Shown here: piece by piece, positions 10,189-20,188 of the stretch
Numbering within the stretch: position 1 is the first letter of the stretch
Layout of the letters: every line of letters starts with the position of its first letter
From: an uncultured delta proteobacterium
Lineage (GTDB): Bacteria > Myxococcota_A > Polyangia > Polyangiales > Polyangiaceae
Length of the DNA stretch: 64,000 nt
Reading direction: 5' to 3'
NCBI GenBank assembly: GCA_963716725.1
Contig: CAVQUB010000017.1
Location: 19,863-83,862, forward strand
The notes under the pieces: model-generated
What the model was told of the DNA's origin: nothing
What the model saw: the letters and a program-made list of their open reading frames with translations, nothing else
Database searches by the model: none
Translations under genes and position numbers: made by a program

Positions 10189-11705
10189 TCGAGCTCGGTC
10201 GTCGGTTGCGCGTTGCGCAGCGGTGGAGCGCCGACGTCGTCATCGTCGGCACGGGTGCCGGCGGCGGCATGGCTGCCAGCGAGCTTTCGCGGCGTGGGGC
10301 CCGCGTCATCGCCCTCGAGGAGGGCCCGTCGCTCAGCGCTCGCGACATGTCCCAGCGCGAGGACGAGATGATGCCGCTCCTCTACCAAGATGGCGGCGGC
10401 CGATCGACGGCCGATCTCGCGATTCGTGTGATTGGCGGGCGCACGGTGGGCGGAAGCACCGTGCACAACATCAACTTGTGCAAACGCCTGCCGACCGAGG
10501 TCCTCGAGCACTGGGCCAAGGACCACCAGGTGAGCGGGCTGTCCGAGCCGGAGCTCCGCCCGGTGTTCGAGAGCGTCGAGCGCGATCTGTCCGTGAGCCT
10601 GATCGAGCCGGAGCGTCGCAACGCAAACAACCGCGTGCTCGAGCGGGGCGTGGCTGCTCTCGGTTACAAAGGCGGCCCGCTGGCCCACAATCGCCTGGGC
10701 TGTCAGGGATCGGGCTTCTGTGAGATCGGCTGCCCCTACGACGCCAAGCAGAACTCCGCGAAGATCCTGATCCCCGACGCGATCGACCGCGGCGCGAAGG
10801 TCGTGGCCGACGTGCGCGTCAAGCGCATCTTGCACGACGGCCGACGCGCGCGCGGAGTGGTGGGGGTCGCCATCGGCGCGGACGGCCGGCCCGTCGCCGA
10901 CGTGCGCGTGGACGCCAGTGCGGTCGTGCTCGCGGGCAGCGCCATCGGCAGCGCAGCGCTCGGCGTCGCGAGTCATCTGCCCGATCCCCACGCGCGCCTC
11001 GGGCGCGGGCTCCGCATGCACCCGGGCGTGGCCGTGGCGGGTCTCTTCGACGAGCGCATCGACGGGCACAAGGGCATTCCTCAGAGCTACGAGTGCACCG
11101 AGTTGCTCGATCTCTCACCCGGCAGCGACAAACGGGTGTGGATCACGACGGCCTTCGCTCACCCCATCGGCGCCGCCATCATGCTGCCGGGCTTTGGAGA
11201 GAAGCACCGCGCGTGGATGCTGCGCTACCCGCAGATCGCCGTGCTGACGGCGATGCTGCACGACGAGAGCGCGGGGCGCGTCTCGCTCGCCCGCGACGGC
11301 CGGCCTCGCATCGACTACGTGCTCTCACCGGCGGACTCGGATCAGCTCGCGCGCGGTGTCCGCGCGTGTTCGCGCCTCCTCTTCGCCGCCGGCGCCCGCG
11401 AGGTGCTGGTGACCAGCACCCCGCCCATGACGCTGTCACGCCCCGATCAGATCGAGTCGATCCCCGGCTCCATTGCCCGTCCCCACGGCATGCCCATGGC
11501 CGCAGTTCACCCCATGGGCACCATGTGTCTGGGCGACGATCCGAGGCGCGCCGTGGTCAGGAGCACCGGCGAGCACCACCAGATCGAGGGGCTGTTCGTG
11601 CTGGACGGATCGCTGTTCCCGACCAGCATCGGCGGTCCACCGCAGATCGGTATCTACACGCTGTCGCGGCACCTGAGCCGGCACGTGGTCACGCGCCTGG
11701 GGTGA
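10185..11705 (+). CDS. GMC family oxidoreductase
   Basis: GTGAGG FAD motif, GGSTVHN, CxxxGxCxxGC, HPMGT. Confidence 0.92.
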   Translation: MIELGRRLRVAQRWSADVVIVGTGAGGGMAASELSRRGARVIALEEGPSLSARDMSQREDEMMPLLYQDGGGRSTADLAIRVIGGRTVGGSTVHNINLCKRLPTEVLEHWAKDHQVSGLSEPELRPVFESVERDLSVSLIEPERRNANNRVLERGVAALGYKGGPLAHNRLGCQGSGFCEIGCPYDAKQNSAKILIPDAIDRGAKVVADVRVKRILHDGRRARGVVGVAIGADGRPVADVRVDASAVVLAGSAIGSAALGVASHLPDPHARLGRGLRMHPGVAVAGLFDERIDGHKGIPQSYECTELLDLSPGSDKRVWITTAFAHPIGAAIMLPGFGEKHRAWMLRYPQIAVLTAMLHDESAGRVSLARDGRPRIDYVLSPADSDQLARGVRACSRLLFAAGAREVLVTSTPPMTLSRPDQIESIPGSIARPHGMPMAAVHPMGTMCLGDDPRRAVVRSTGEHHQIEGLFVLDGSLFPTSIGGPPQIGIYTLSRHLSRHVVTRLG

Positions 11706-11718
11706 GCGCGATCGTCCC

Positions 11719-12984
11719 TCACGCCCCTGCGGCCACCACACACGTGCCGCAGAAGGCGAATATCCAGGCGATGAACAGGAGCGCGATCACGCCGAGCACG
11801 ATCCAGACCCAGGAGACGCCCCGCGAGGCCGCTGCTGGCGGCGGAGGGACGAACCCTCCCGGCGCGTAGGGTGAGGGGAGGGTCGGCTGCGGTGTGGCGA
11901 GCGGAGCTCCCACTTGGGGTGAGCTGCCGTAGGGCGACAGGGGCGTGATCGGATGCGGGGTCGCGACCTGGGGGGCGACCTGGCTCGGGTAAGCCGGGCC
12001 GCCCGGCGCCGTCCCCGGCGCTTGGCTGGATTCGGCGAGGGGCGTGAAGGACTCGGCGGGCAGGTAGGGCAGGCACTGCTCGACGGCGGAGCGGAAGTCA
12101 CGCGCCGACTGGTAGCGGTAGGCCGGGTCTTTCTGCAGTGCGTGCATGAGCACGGTCTCGAGGGCCGGCGGCAGACCTGGACGGAGCAGGCTCGGCGCAG
12201 GCGGCATTTGCTCCACGTGGGCCTTGAGCAGCTCGTACATGGTCTGGGCAGGGAAGGGTCGCTGCCCGGTGCAGCCCTCGAACAAGATCACGCCGGTCGC
12301 GTACAGATCCGAGCGATGATCGACGTGCATGCCCTGCGCCTGCTCCGGCGACATGTACTGCGGCGTCCCGAGCAGCGAACCCGTGCGGGTCGCGTCGCTG
12401 ACTCCTCCCTGATCGGGTCGCAGCTTGGCGATGCCAAAATCGAGGATCTTCACCCGCCCGTTGTTCAGGATGTAGACGTTGTCGGGCTTGAGATCCCGGT
12501 GCACGATCTGCTGGTCGTGGGCGGCTCCCAGTCCTTCGAGTAGGTCCATCACGACTCGGCAGAGCGCGCCGAGTGGCAGACCGCCGATGCGCTTCATGAC
12601 CGCCGAGAGTGGCAGCCCATCGAGCAGCTCCATCACGATGTACGGCCGCTTCTCCGCAGTCCACGAGTAGTCCGAGACGGTCACGATGTTGTCGTGACGG
12701 ATCAGGTTCACCGCCTTGGCTTCGGCGAAGAAGCGCTCGACCAATGAAGGATGCTGGCTGCACTCCTGGGACAGGAACTTGATGGCGACCCGGCTGCCGA
12801 TGCTCGGGTGGACGCCCTTGTAGACCGAGCCCATGCCGCCTTTGCCGAGCAGCGTCGTGATGCGAAAGCTGCCGACCATCTGTCCGAGCAGCGGGTCGTC
12901 GGCGCCGCTCGCGAGGGCGCCGCCGTCTTCGGTGCAGAACCCCGCGGCGGGGAACGAGCGACCGCACTCGGGACACACGAACAT
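11719..12984 (-). CDS. Ser/Thr protein kinase with N-terminal Zn ribbon and C-terminal TM helix
   Basis: LGKGGMG, VAIK, HRDLKPDN, DFG, YMSPE; Pro-rich linker followed by a TM segment. Confidence 0.95.
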   Translation of the reverse strand: MFVCPECGRSFPAAGFCTEDGGALASGADDPLLGQMVGSFRITTLLGKGGMGSVYKGVHPSIGSRVAIKFLSQECSQHPSLVERFFAEAKAVNLIRHDNIVTVSDYSWTAEKRPYIVMELLDGLPLSAVMKRIGGLPLGALCRVVMDLLEGLGAAHDQQIVHRDLKPDNVYILNNGRVKILDFGIAKLRPDQGGVSDATRTGSLLGTPQYMSPEQAQGMHVDHRSDLYATGVILFEGCTGQRPFPAQTMYELLKAHVEQMPPAPSLLRPGLPPALETVLMHALQKDPAYRYQSARDFRSAVEQCLPYLPAESFTPLAESSQAPGTAPGGPAYPSQVAPQVATPHPITPLSPYGSSPQVGAPLATPQPTLPSPYAPGGFVPPPPAAASRGVSWVWIVLGVIALLFIAWIFAFCGTCVVAAGA

Positions 12985-13031
12985 GGGCGGGCAGCAGCTT
13001 TACAGAGCTCCGGGAGCCCGTCCACCGGGCG

Positions 13032-14480
13032 TCAGTGTTTGCGCCGCCCGGCCAGGATCTTGACGAAGGAGCGGGACCCGAGTTCGTCGGCGGACAGCCC
13101 CGAGAGGCGAGCTGCTTCGTCCTCGGTGAGGGCGCCGCAGTTCTTTGCACGCAAGAAGAAGTTGAGCAGCCCCTGCCCGGTGGCCGCGTCGTCGAAGAGG
13201 TCGCCCACCAGGGTCGCCTGCGCTGCGCGCTTGATGAAATTGGTGAGGCGATCGCTGGCCGCGTCGAGCCCGCCGAGGAAGAAGCTGTACACTGCCGCGT
13301 AGCGCGTCACGAGCTGCGCCGGGTGCAGGTCCCAGCCTTGGTAGTAGCCGCCCACGAGGCCGTGCATGGCGTTGTCGTAGTGGAGCTTCCAGGCGCGCTG
13401 CACGCTCTCGAGGTTCTCGGAGGCCTGCTTCGGCCCCAGGGGAGGGCCGTCCTTGGCCTGTGCGTGGGGCGCGATGGGCATCACGGTGGTCGCGCCGTCG
13501 CTCATCCAGATCCCGGTGCTGGCCAGGCTGACCTGCATCACGTGCTTCGCGAAGTCGCACGAAAGGTGCTTGATGCTCTGGTGCGCGGCGGTGACGTTGC
13601 AACTGGCCGTGTAGTCGTAGGTGCCGAAGTGCGCAGAGATCACCCGGCCCTCGCCGGCGTCGATCAAGCTGGGCAGGCTGACGCGGCCGTCGGCGGCGAA
13701 GATGGCCTGAGTCGTTTCGATCATCAGCTCCATCTTGAGGGCGCCCGGCGCGAGCCCGGTCTTCTTCTCGAGCGCGTCGAACAAGCCCCGCAGCGTCACG
13801 ATCTGCTCGGGCATCATCACCTTGGGCAGGGTCACGACGAAGTTCTCCGGCAGCTTGCCGCCGGTCTTCTCGCTCAGCGCCGTCACGTACAGATCCAGAG
13901 TTCGGATGCTGCGCGTCCGGAGCTCCGCCGACAGCGGCTTGACCCGGATGCCGACGAAGGGAGACAGCACCTGCTCGGCCATGCCCTTGGCGGTCTCGTC
14001 GGCGGCGGCGATGGCGTGACCGTCTTCTTCGGCGTCCGGCCGGTTGCCGTAGCCGTCCTCGAAATCGATGCGGTAGTCCTCGATCGGCTCCCGGGCGAGC
14101 TTCTCCTTGATGCGATCGTAGAGCACGACGGCGAGCGCCGCGTGGCGATGGGTGCGCCGAGCGAGCTCCGGGTTCTCCCTCACCGCCTGGGCCACGCTCT
14201 CGGCCTCGGCGAGCGAGCTCGGCAGCGTTTGGCTGCCCGGTAGATCGATGGCCCGGGCGAAGGCGAAAGGATCCGGCGCGTAGGTCGCGAGAGCGCGCAG
14301 GCCGAGGTCGCCGAGCTTCTTGGCGGTGCCCGCCTTGAACAGATGCGCGCCGCCGTAGACCGTGTGCACCGGCTGTCGCGCGCCCGTTTCTCCTGGGAAG
14401 TGCCGCGCGAAGCGCTGTTCGGCGTCAGTGAGCGGAGCGAGCAGAGCGTTGATGTCCTGAGGACCGAGCGACGTCTTCAT
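13032..14480 (-). CDS. HpcH/HpaI aldolase / citrate lyase beta-like protein (DUF6986-like)
   Basis: PVHTVYGGAH, IDFEDGYG, HFGTYDY, SDGAT, QGWDLHPAQL. Confidence 0.75.
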   Translation of the reverse strand: MKTSLGPQDINALLAPLTDAEQRFARHFPGETGARQPVHTVYGGAHLFKAGTAKKLGDLGLRALATYAPDPFAFARAIDLPGSQTLPSSLAEAESVAQAVRENPELARRTHRHAALAVVLYDRIKEKLAREPIEDYRIDFEDGYGNRPDAEEDGHAIAAADETAKGMAEQVLSPFVGIRVKPLSAELRTRSIRTLDLYVTALSEKTGGKLPENFVVTLPKVMMPEQIVTLRGLFDALEKKTGLAPGALKMELMIETTQAIFAADGRVSLPSLIDAGEGRVISAHFGTYDYTASCNVTAAHQSIKHLSCDFAKHVMQVSLASTGIWMSDGATTVMPIAPHAQAKDGPPLGPKQASENLESVQRAWKLHYDNAMHGLVGGYYQGWDLHPAQLVTRYAAVYSFFLGGLDAASDRLTNFIKRAAQATLVGDLFDDAATGQGLLNFFLRAKNCGALTEDEAARLSGLSADELGSRSFVKILAGRRKH

Positions 14481-14559
14481 GGCGAGGGCAGGCTTAGCTC
14501 AGTTTCGCGCCCGACGACAGCCCGAGCCGACCGCGCGCAACGCCTGCGCGTCGCGGCGC

Positions 14560-15732
14560 TCACTCGTCGTACAGCCCCAGCTCGCGGCAGATGATCTGCT
14601 GCTGAATTTCGTTCGTTCCCTCCCAAATCGGCCCGACGCGCGCGTCCCGGAAGTAGCGCTCCACGGGGAGATCTTCGACGTAGCCGTAGGCGCCGTGGAT
14701 CTGCACTGCGTCGGAGGTGATCTCCACGGCCGCCTCGGTGGCAAAGAGCTTGGCTTCGCTGACCAGGCGCGTGCAGCGCTGGCCGCTGTCGAGCAACTCC
14801 GAAGCGTGCTGGATCAGTGCCCGGGCGGCGTCGATGCGGGTGGCCATGCGGGCGACCTTGAAGCCGGTGGCCTGGTGCTGGCCGATGGGCTTGCCGAATG
14901 CCGTACGCACCTTCACGTAAGCCAGCGATGCTTCGAAGGCCGCCTGCGCGACGCCCAGGCTGAGCGCCGCGATGAAGAGCCGGTTCACGTCGAGCAGCTC
15001 CATCATCTGGCGAAAGCCTCGCCCCGCTCCGGTGCCCCCGCCCAGACCCCCCGCGGGAGCGAAGGCATCGTCGAAGAACACCTCGCCGGTCTCGCTCGAT
15101 CGCATGCCAAGCTTCTTCATGGGCGGGCCCAAGCTCATGCCCGGCGTCCCGCGCAGGATCACGTGCACGCCGATGCCCTTGGCGCGCTCTTCTCGGGAAA
15201 GGCCCCCGTGATCGGCGCGAACAGCGGCGACCAAGAAAGCGTCGGCGGTGGGACCGTTCGAAATGAACGTCTTCTGTCCGCGCAGCAGCACGCCGCCCTC
15301 GGTCTTGGTCGCGGTGGTGGTCATGCCTGCGAGGTCCGAGCCGCCGCGGGGCTCGGTGAAGGCCAGCGCGGGAAGGATCTGACCGGCCATGAGCGGCTCG
15401 AGCAAAGCGAGGTTCGGGCGATCGCCTTGCAGGCGCACCAGCACCGCTGGCGACAGGATGCTGGCCATCGCACCGATGGCGAAGCCCCCCGACACGCGCG
15501 CGATCTCCTCCGCTACGACGCAGTGCAAGAGCGAACCGCCGCCGCTGCCTCCCAGGCTCTCGGGAACACCGATGGCCAACAGACCGAGTTCGGCGAGTCG
15601 CGGCAGCACGCTGTCGCGGGGAAATCGCCCGCTCGCCTCAGCCTCGCTCACCAGCGGAGCGAGCTCGCGCAGGGCGAAGTCGCGCACGCACTTTTGAACG
15701 GCAGCTTCCTCGTCGTTCAGGCGATAGCTCAT
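14560..15732 (-). CDS. Acyl-CoA dehydrogenase
   Basis: FTEPRGGSD, KTFISNG, RTAFGKPI, QIHGAYGY, IWEGTNEIQ. Confidence 0.95.
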   Translation of the reverse strand: MSYRLNDEEAAVQKCVRDFALRELAPLVSEAEASGRFPRDSVLPRLAELGLLAIGVPESLGGSGGGSLLHCVVAEEIARVSGGFAIGAMASILSPAVLVRLQGDRPNLALLEPLMAGQILPALAFTEPRGGSDLAGMTTTATKTEGGVLLRGQKTFISNGPTADAFLVAAVRADHGGLSREERAKGIGVHVILRGTPGMSLGPPMKKLGMRSSETGEVFFDDAFAPAGGLGGGTGAGRGFRQMMELLDVNRLFIAALSLGVAQAAFEASLAYVKVRTAFGKPIGQHQATGFKVARMATRIDAARALIQHASELLDSGQRCTRLVSEAKLFATEAAVEITSDAVQIHGAYGYVEDLPVERYFRDARVGPIWEGTNEIQQQIICRELGLYDE

Positions 15733-15822
15733 GGTCGAACCCTCGCTCGCGCAGGTCGTCGCGACAAGCGCATGACGGCCGTCAGTAGATTGTGCGGGCA
15801 GAACGCGGAAGATGAAAGGACG

Positions 15823-17677
15823 ATGTCTGCTGGGTTCTCGTTCCGAGTCTTCGTCCTGATGATCGCCGTGGCTGGGGTCGGTCGCGCTCAGGTCTCCGGC
15901 GTCGTGCGCGACAGCGCGAACCAACCGGTCGTCGATGCCATCGTCACGCTCCAGGCCAGCTCCATCGAGACCAAGACAGACGCGAGCGGCGCGTATTCAT
16001 TGCCCGGTGTCAGCGGAACGGATCTGTACATCGTCGCCGCCAAGCCGGGTCACTACTACGGCTACGTGATGGTCACGCCCCCGGTGACCGCGGCCGACAT
16101 CCAGATCGAAGCGGTGCCGAGCAGTAACGATCCCGCGTACCTGATCAAGCCACCCGAGTCCTGCGCGTCGTGCCACGACGAGGCGTATACGGCGTGGAAG
16201 AAATCCGCCATGGGCAAGGCCGGGACCAACACCTGGGTCTACGACGTGTACGACGGCAGCGGCACGCCGGGCGGCAAGGGTGGCTTCGTGTACACGCGCG
16301 ACAGCGTGCTTTCGAAGAAGAATCCGGCCAGCGAGTGCGCCGCGTGCCACCAACCCGAGCTGTGGTGGAACAAACCCTACACGCCGCTGGACCCGCTCTC
16401 GGCAAAGTCGGACGCCATCGGGCATGGAGTGTCCTGCGAGGTGTGCCACAAGATTTCGAAAATCGACGAGACGAAGCCCAACTTCCCGGGGCTCTGGCCC
16501 GGCGTCGTAGAAGTGGTGAAGCCGGGAGGAGCGCCCTTCAAGCAGGTGATGTTCGGGGTCTTGGGCGACGTGACCTACGGCATCGACAACACCATGAAGG
16601 CCGCCTACCAGCCGCAGCTCAGCGCCGCGGTGTGCGCGGCCTGCCACCAGGACAAAAACGACCCCGACGAAGACGGCGATTTCGAAGAAGCCAACGGTGT
16701 GGTCAGCGAGCCGACCTACCAAGAGTGGCTCGACTCACCCTACGCGGATCCGGCGAGCCCGAAGCACGCCACCTGCGTCGACTGCCACATGAAGCCGACC
16801 GGAGCGAACCAGGCTTGCTCCATGCAGTTCCCGCCGCTGAAGCGGCCCATGGGCGACGTGCGCTCCCACGCCTTTCCGGGCACGACTCCGGAGTTCCTCG
16901 AGAACGCGGTCACGCTGACCCTGAAGGCGACCAAGTCCGACACCAGCATCGCCGTCGAGGTCACGCTCGAAAATGCCAAGGCCGGACATCATGTCCCGAC
17001 CGGTGTGACGATCCGCAACATGATCCTGCTGGTCGAAGCCTTCCGTCAGCAAGACGGCAAGAAGCTCGAGCCCACGGGCACCGAGGTCGTGCATGAGCTC
17101 GGCGGCGTCGGAGATCCCGCCAAGGGCTACTTTGCGGGGCTGCCGGGCAGGCTGTACGCGAAGGTCAACGGCGACGCGCTGGGCAAGGGGCCGACCTTCT
17201 TCACCGACGCCACCAGCATCCTCTGGGACAACCGCCTGCCTCCGCTGGGAAAAGACAGCACGAACTACAGCTTTGCGCTGCCGAGCGACGGCGGCGAGAT
17301 CCGCGTGCGCGCGCGGCTGATCTATCGCCGCTCGTGGCGGGCTCTGGTGGACGCCAAGGGCTGGACGAAAGACGGACACGGCAGCGAACTCGAGGATTCT
17401 GAAGCCGCCCCACTTTGGGCACCTGATGGAGCAAGCCGAGGAGGTCTTCGACTTGCCCTGCGACGCCGGCGTCTGCCTGGACGCGGGCGCGAGCGGCGGC
17501 AGCGGCGGCAGCGGCGGCAGCGGTGGTACGGGAGGCAGCGGCGGCGGCAATGCCAAGCCGAGCAGCGGCGACGACGGCGGCTGTGGATGTCGCACGGCAA
17601 GTGGCAGCTCGCTGGCGCTGTGGGCGGGCCTCGCGAGTCTCGCGCTGGCGTTCAGCATGGCGCGACGACGGCGTTGA
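15823..17677 (+). CDS. Exported multiheme cytochrome c (5 CxxCH) with N-terminal carboxypeptidase-regulatory-like domain and MYXO-CTERM-like tail; frameshift near 17397
   Basis: CASCH, CAACH, CEVCH, CAACH, CVDCH. Removing one T at 17397-17398 joins the frame to ...EDLKPPHFGHLMEQ...GGCGCRTA...LALAFSMARRRR. Confidence 0.82.
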
Positions 17678-17700
17678 GCGTGGCGCGAGCCTGCGCGGTG

Positions 17701-17838
17701 TCTGACGATCTGGATCTCTTGGCGGCTCTCGCGCTCGAGGCGGCGGTCAGGGCGTGGCGTGGCGGGCTGGTCATCGCGAGTCACGACGAGCCATTCCTGC
17801 GAGCGATTGGCATCCAGCAGAGCATTGAGCTGGATGGT
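17701..17838 (+). pseudogene. Remnant of an ABC-F ATPase C-terminus
   Basis: DDLDLLAALALEAAVRAWRGGLVIASHDEPFLRAIGI resembles the D-loop/H-switch end of ABC-F proteins. No Walker A or upstream gene body. Confidence 0.5.
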
Positions 17839-17866
17839 CTTGGCGCCGCGTGCGAAATGTCACCGC

Positions 17867-18874
17867 ATGGGCGGCAAGTGGGGGCGGCGTGCGCTGACGA
17901 TCCCGAGCGTCGTCGTCGCGTTTGCGCTCGTCACGCTCGCGCTGCCGCTGCTCCTTGCCATCGCCGCGCTGGTCGATGTGGCCCGCTGGCTGCTGCGCCG
18001 GCAGCGATGGACGAGCCTGCGCCTCTTGGCCTTCCTGTGGGTGTACTTGGCGGCGCAGGTCGTCGGTCTGTCGGCCTTGTTTTGGGTGTGGCTGCTGTCG
18101 TTCGGCGCCGCTGCGCGCCGGGCGGGGCGCCTGGTGGATTGGACCTTCGAGGTGCAGCAGATCTGGGCGAGCGCGCTGTTCCGAACAGTGTGCGTCTTGT
18201 TTGGCTTGAGGGTTCGGGTCGAGGGCGAGGCCGGCCTGCGTCACGGCCCGTACGTGGTCTTCATCCGACACGCGAGCGTGATCGACACGTTGCTGCCCAC
18301 CGTCTTGATCACGCGGCGACACGGCATTCGCCTCCGCTTCGTTCTCAAGCGCGAGTTGCTCGTCGATCCTTGTTTGGACGTCGCGGGGCTACGGCTTCCC
18401 AACTGCTTCGTGAGCCGCGCGGGTGAGACCAGCGCCGACGTCGATGGGGTCGCGACGCTCGGCCGGGGCCTTGGCCCAGGGGAAGGCGTGCTCATCTACC
18501 CGGAGGGCACGCGCTTCAGCCCGGGCAAGCGACGACGCATCCTCGCGAGGCTGTCCGGGGGATCTCCCGAGATCTTCTCGCGCGCCCAGCGCTTGTCTCA
18601 GGTGCTGCCGCCGCGACTGGGCGGAGCCCTCGCGCTGCTCGAGGCGGCAGAAGGGGCGGACGCGGTCTTCTTCGCCCACGCCGGCCTCGACGGATTCGCC
18701 AGCGTTCGAGACATCTTCGACCAAGCCCTCGGGGCACGCCGCGTCGAGGTGAAGGTCTGGCGCATTCCGCGCTCGCAGATCCCGCGGGACGAGGCGGCTC
18801 GCGTGAGGTTTCTCTACGACGAATGGCAGAAGGTCGACGAGTGGATCGCCGCCCGGACCAGGGACGCGCTCTAG
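17867..18874 (+). CDS. Lysophospholipid acyltransferase (PlsC-like)
   Basis: HASVID (HxxxxD), FVLKREL, YPEGTR; N-terminal TM helices. Confidence 0.88.
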   Translation: MGGKWGRRALTIPSVVVAFALVTLALPLLLAIAALVDVARWLLRRQRWTSLRLLAFLWVYLAAQVVGLSALFWVWLLSFGAAARRAGRLVDWTFEVQQIWASALFRTVCVLFGLRVRVEGEAGLRHGPYVVFIRHASVIDTLLPTVLITRRHGIRLRFVLKRELLVDPCLDVAGLRLPNCFVSRAGETSADVDGVATLGRGLGPGEGVLIYPEGTRFSPGKRRRILARLSGGSPEIFSRAQRLSQVLPPRLGGALALLEAAEGADAVFFAHAGLDGFASVRDIFDQALGARRVEVKVWRIPRSQIPRDEAARVRFLYDEWQKVDEWIAARTRDAL

Positions 18875-18900
18875 GGGATGAGGGCGCGTCGCGACGCCGC

Positions 18901-19788
18901 TCACGGAACCGCAACCAGTTCGTCGATCCTTGGTTGCAGAGTGATTTCGATGCGACGGTTCTTGGCTCGGCCGTCGTCCGACGCATTGTCGGCGACGGGA
19001 TCGAACTCGCCGTAGCCCGCCGCCGAGAGCTGGGTCTCGGGAACCTTGGCCTTGGCGAGCAACGCCACGACATCTAGGGCGCGCGCAGTCGACAGGGCCC
19101 AATTGGATTGGTAGCCCGAGACCTTGATCGGCTCGTTGTCCGTGTGTCCTGCCACCTGGAAGTCCCGTCCTTCGAGTGTCACCAGGACCGCCGCAACTTG
19201 TTCGAGCGCTTTCTGCCCGGCAGGCTTCAGCTTTGCCCTTCCGGAATCGAAGAGCACGTCGTTGGGTAGGACCAGCACCATTCGACCGTCTCGCAGCACG
19301 ACGGAGATCTCGCCGGCATCAATCATCTTCTTGAGCTTGAGCGCGAGGTTCCGGAACAGCGCGGCGCGGGCCTCTGCCGCGGCTTGCGCCCGGCGGAGCT
19401 CGTCCAGGCGCTTCTTGGCGTCATCCAGCGCTTTGCCGAGCGTGCCCCGATCCGCCAGCAGTTTGTCCACGTTCTTACCGAGGCGCTCCAGCTCGGTGCG
19501 CAGTCCTGCGTTCATTGCAGTCTCATCGTCGAGGTCTCGCTTGCGCTGGGCGGAGCTGTCCTCGGCCAGCCCGAGTCGTCGATCCAAGTCCAGCCTCGTG
19601 AGCTTCGCTTTCGCGAGTTCTTGCTTCAGCTGAGCAAGCTCTCGGCTGCGTGCGGCGTCGCTCTCGGAAACGGCGCGCACGTTCTCCCGTAGGCGCTGAG
19701 ATTCAGCCAGGGCCTCGTCGTACTTGCCCTGCGAGACGCAGCCGACGCTGCCGAGCAACAGCAGGCTCAACCAATATCGAGTTCGCAT
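18901..19788 (-). CDS. OmpA/MotB family lipoprotein with coiled coil
   Basis: Lipobox SVGC, heptad region, VLFDSG, GHTDN, NWALSTARA, NRRIEI. Confidence 0.88.
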   Translation of the reverse strand: MRTRYWLSLLLLGSVGCVSQGKYDEALAESQRLRENVRAVSESDAARSRELAQLKQELAKAKLTRLDLDRRLGLAEDSSAQRKRDLDDETAMNAGLRTELERLGKNVDKLLADRGTLGKALDDAKKRLDELRRAQAAAEARAALFRNLALKLKKMIDAGEISVVLRDGRMVLVLPNDVLFDSGRAKLKPAGQKALEQVAAVLVTLEGRDFQVAGHTDNEPIKVSGYQSNWALSTARALDVVALLAKAKVPETQLSAAGYGEFDPVADNASDDGRAKNRRIEITLQPRIDELVAVP

Positions 19789-20188
19789 GCTGGCTGCGCT
19801 CTGCACGAGCCGTGCCTCGGGGACTCCATGGAGAATGGCCCCGGTGCACGCGAGAAAGCGCGCTACGCGCGACCACCGTGGCCTTGGCTCGAGCCGGGGG
19901 GCGGTTTGGCCGACGCACGCGTTGCGTGAACATGCGGTCCGGCGACCAAAGTCTGCGCGATGAACACCCTGCAATTCGATGCAGCGGTGACCGGGTGGGG
20001 CGGGGATCGTCGCGGTCCGCGGGCCGGCGTGGGGCGCGCAGCCTCGACGAGACCACTCTTGGAGCGGACGCCAAAGTTACGATGCCCCGTGTTTCCATCC
20101 GTGATGCGTCATTCGACCCAGGGCCGGTGCCGCCGTTTCCGGCGTTTGCCCGATGGCGGATCGGAGCTTTGGCCGCCATGGTGCGCGC

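Noticed and set aside
17490..17550. agcggcggc tandem repeats (also 2690-2820 and 39060-39260)
   Set aside because: Coding Gly/Ser or Pro-rich linkers. There is no repeat-spacer structure, so this is not CRISPR.
14479..18426. 1315-aa ORF in the track
   Set aside because: Artefact. It joins the antisense of the acyl-CoA dehydrogenase, the real cytochrome (from 15823) and post-frameshift read-through.
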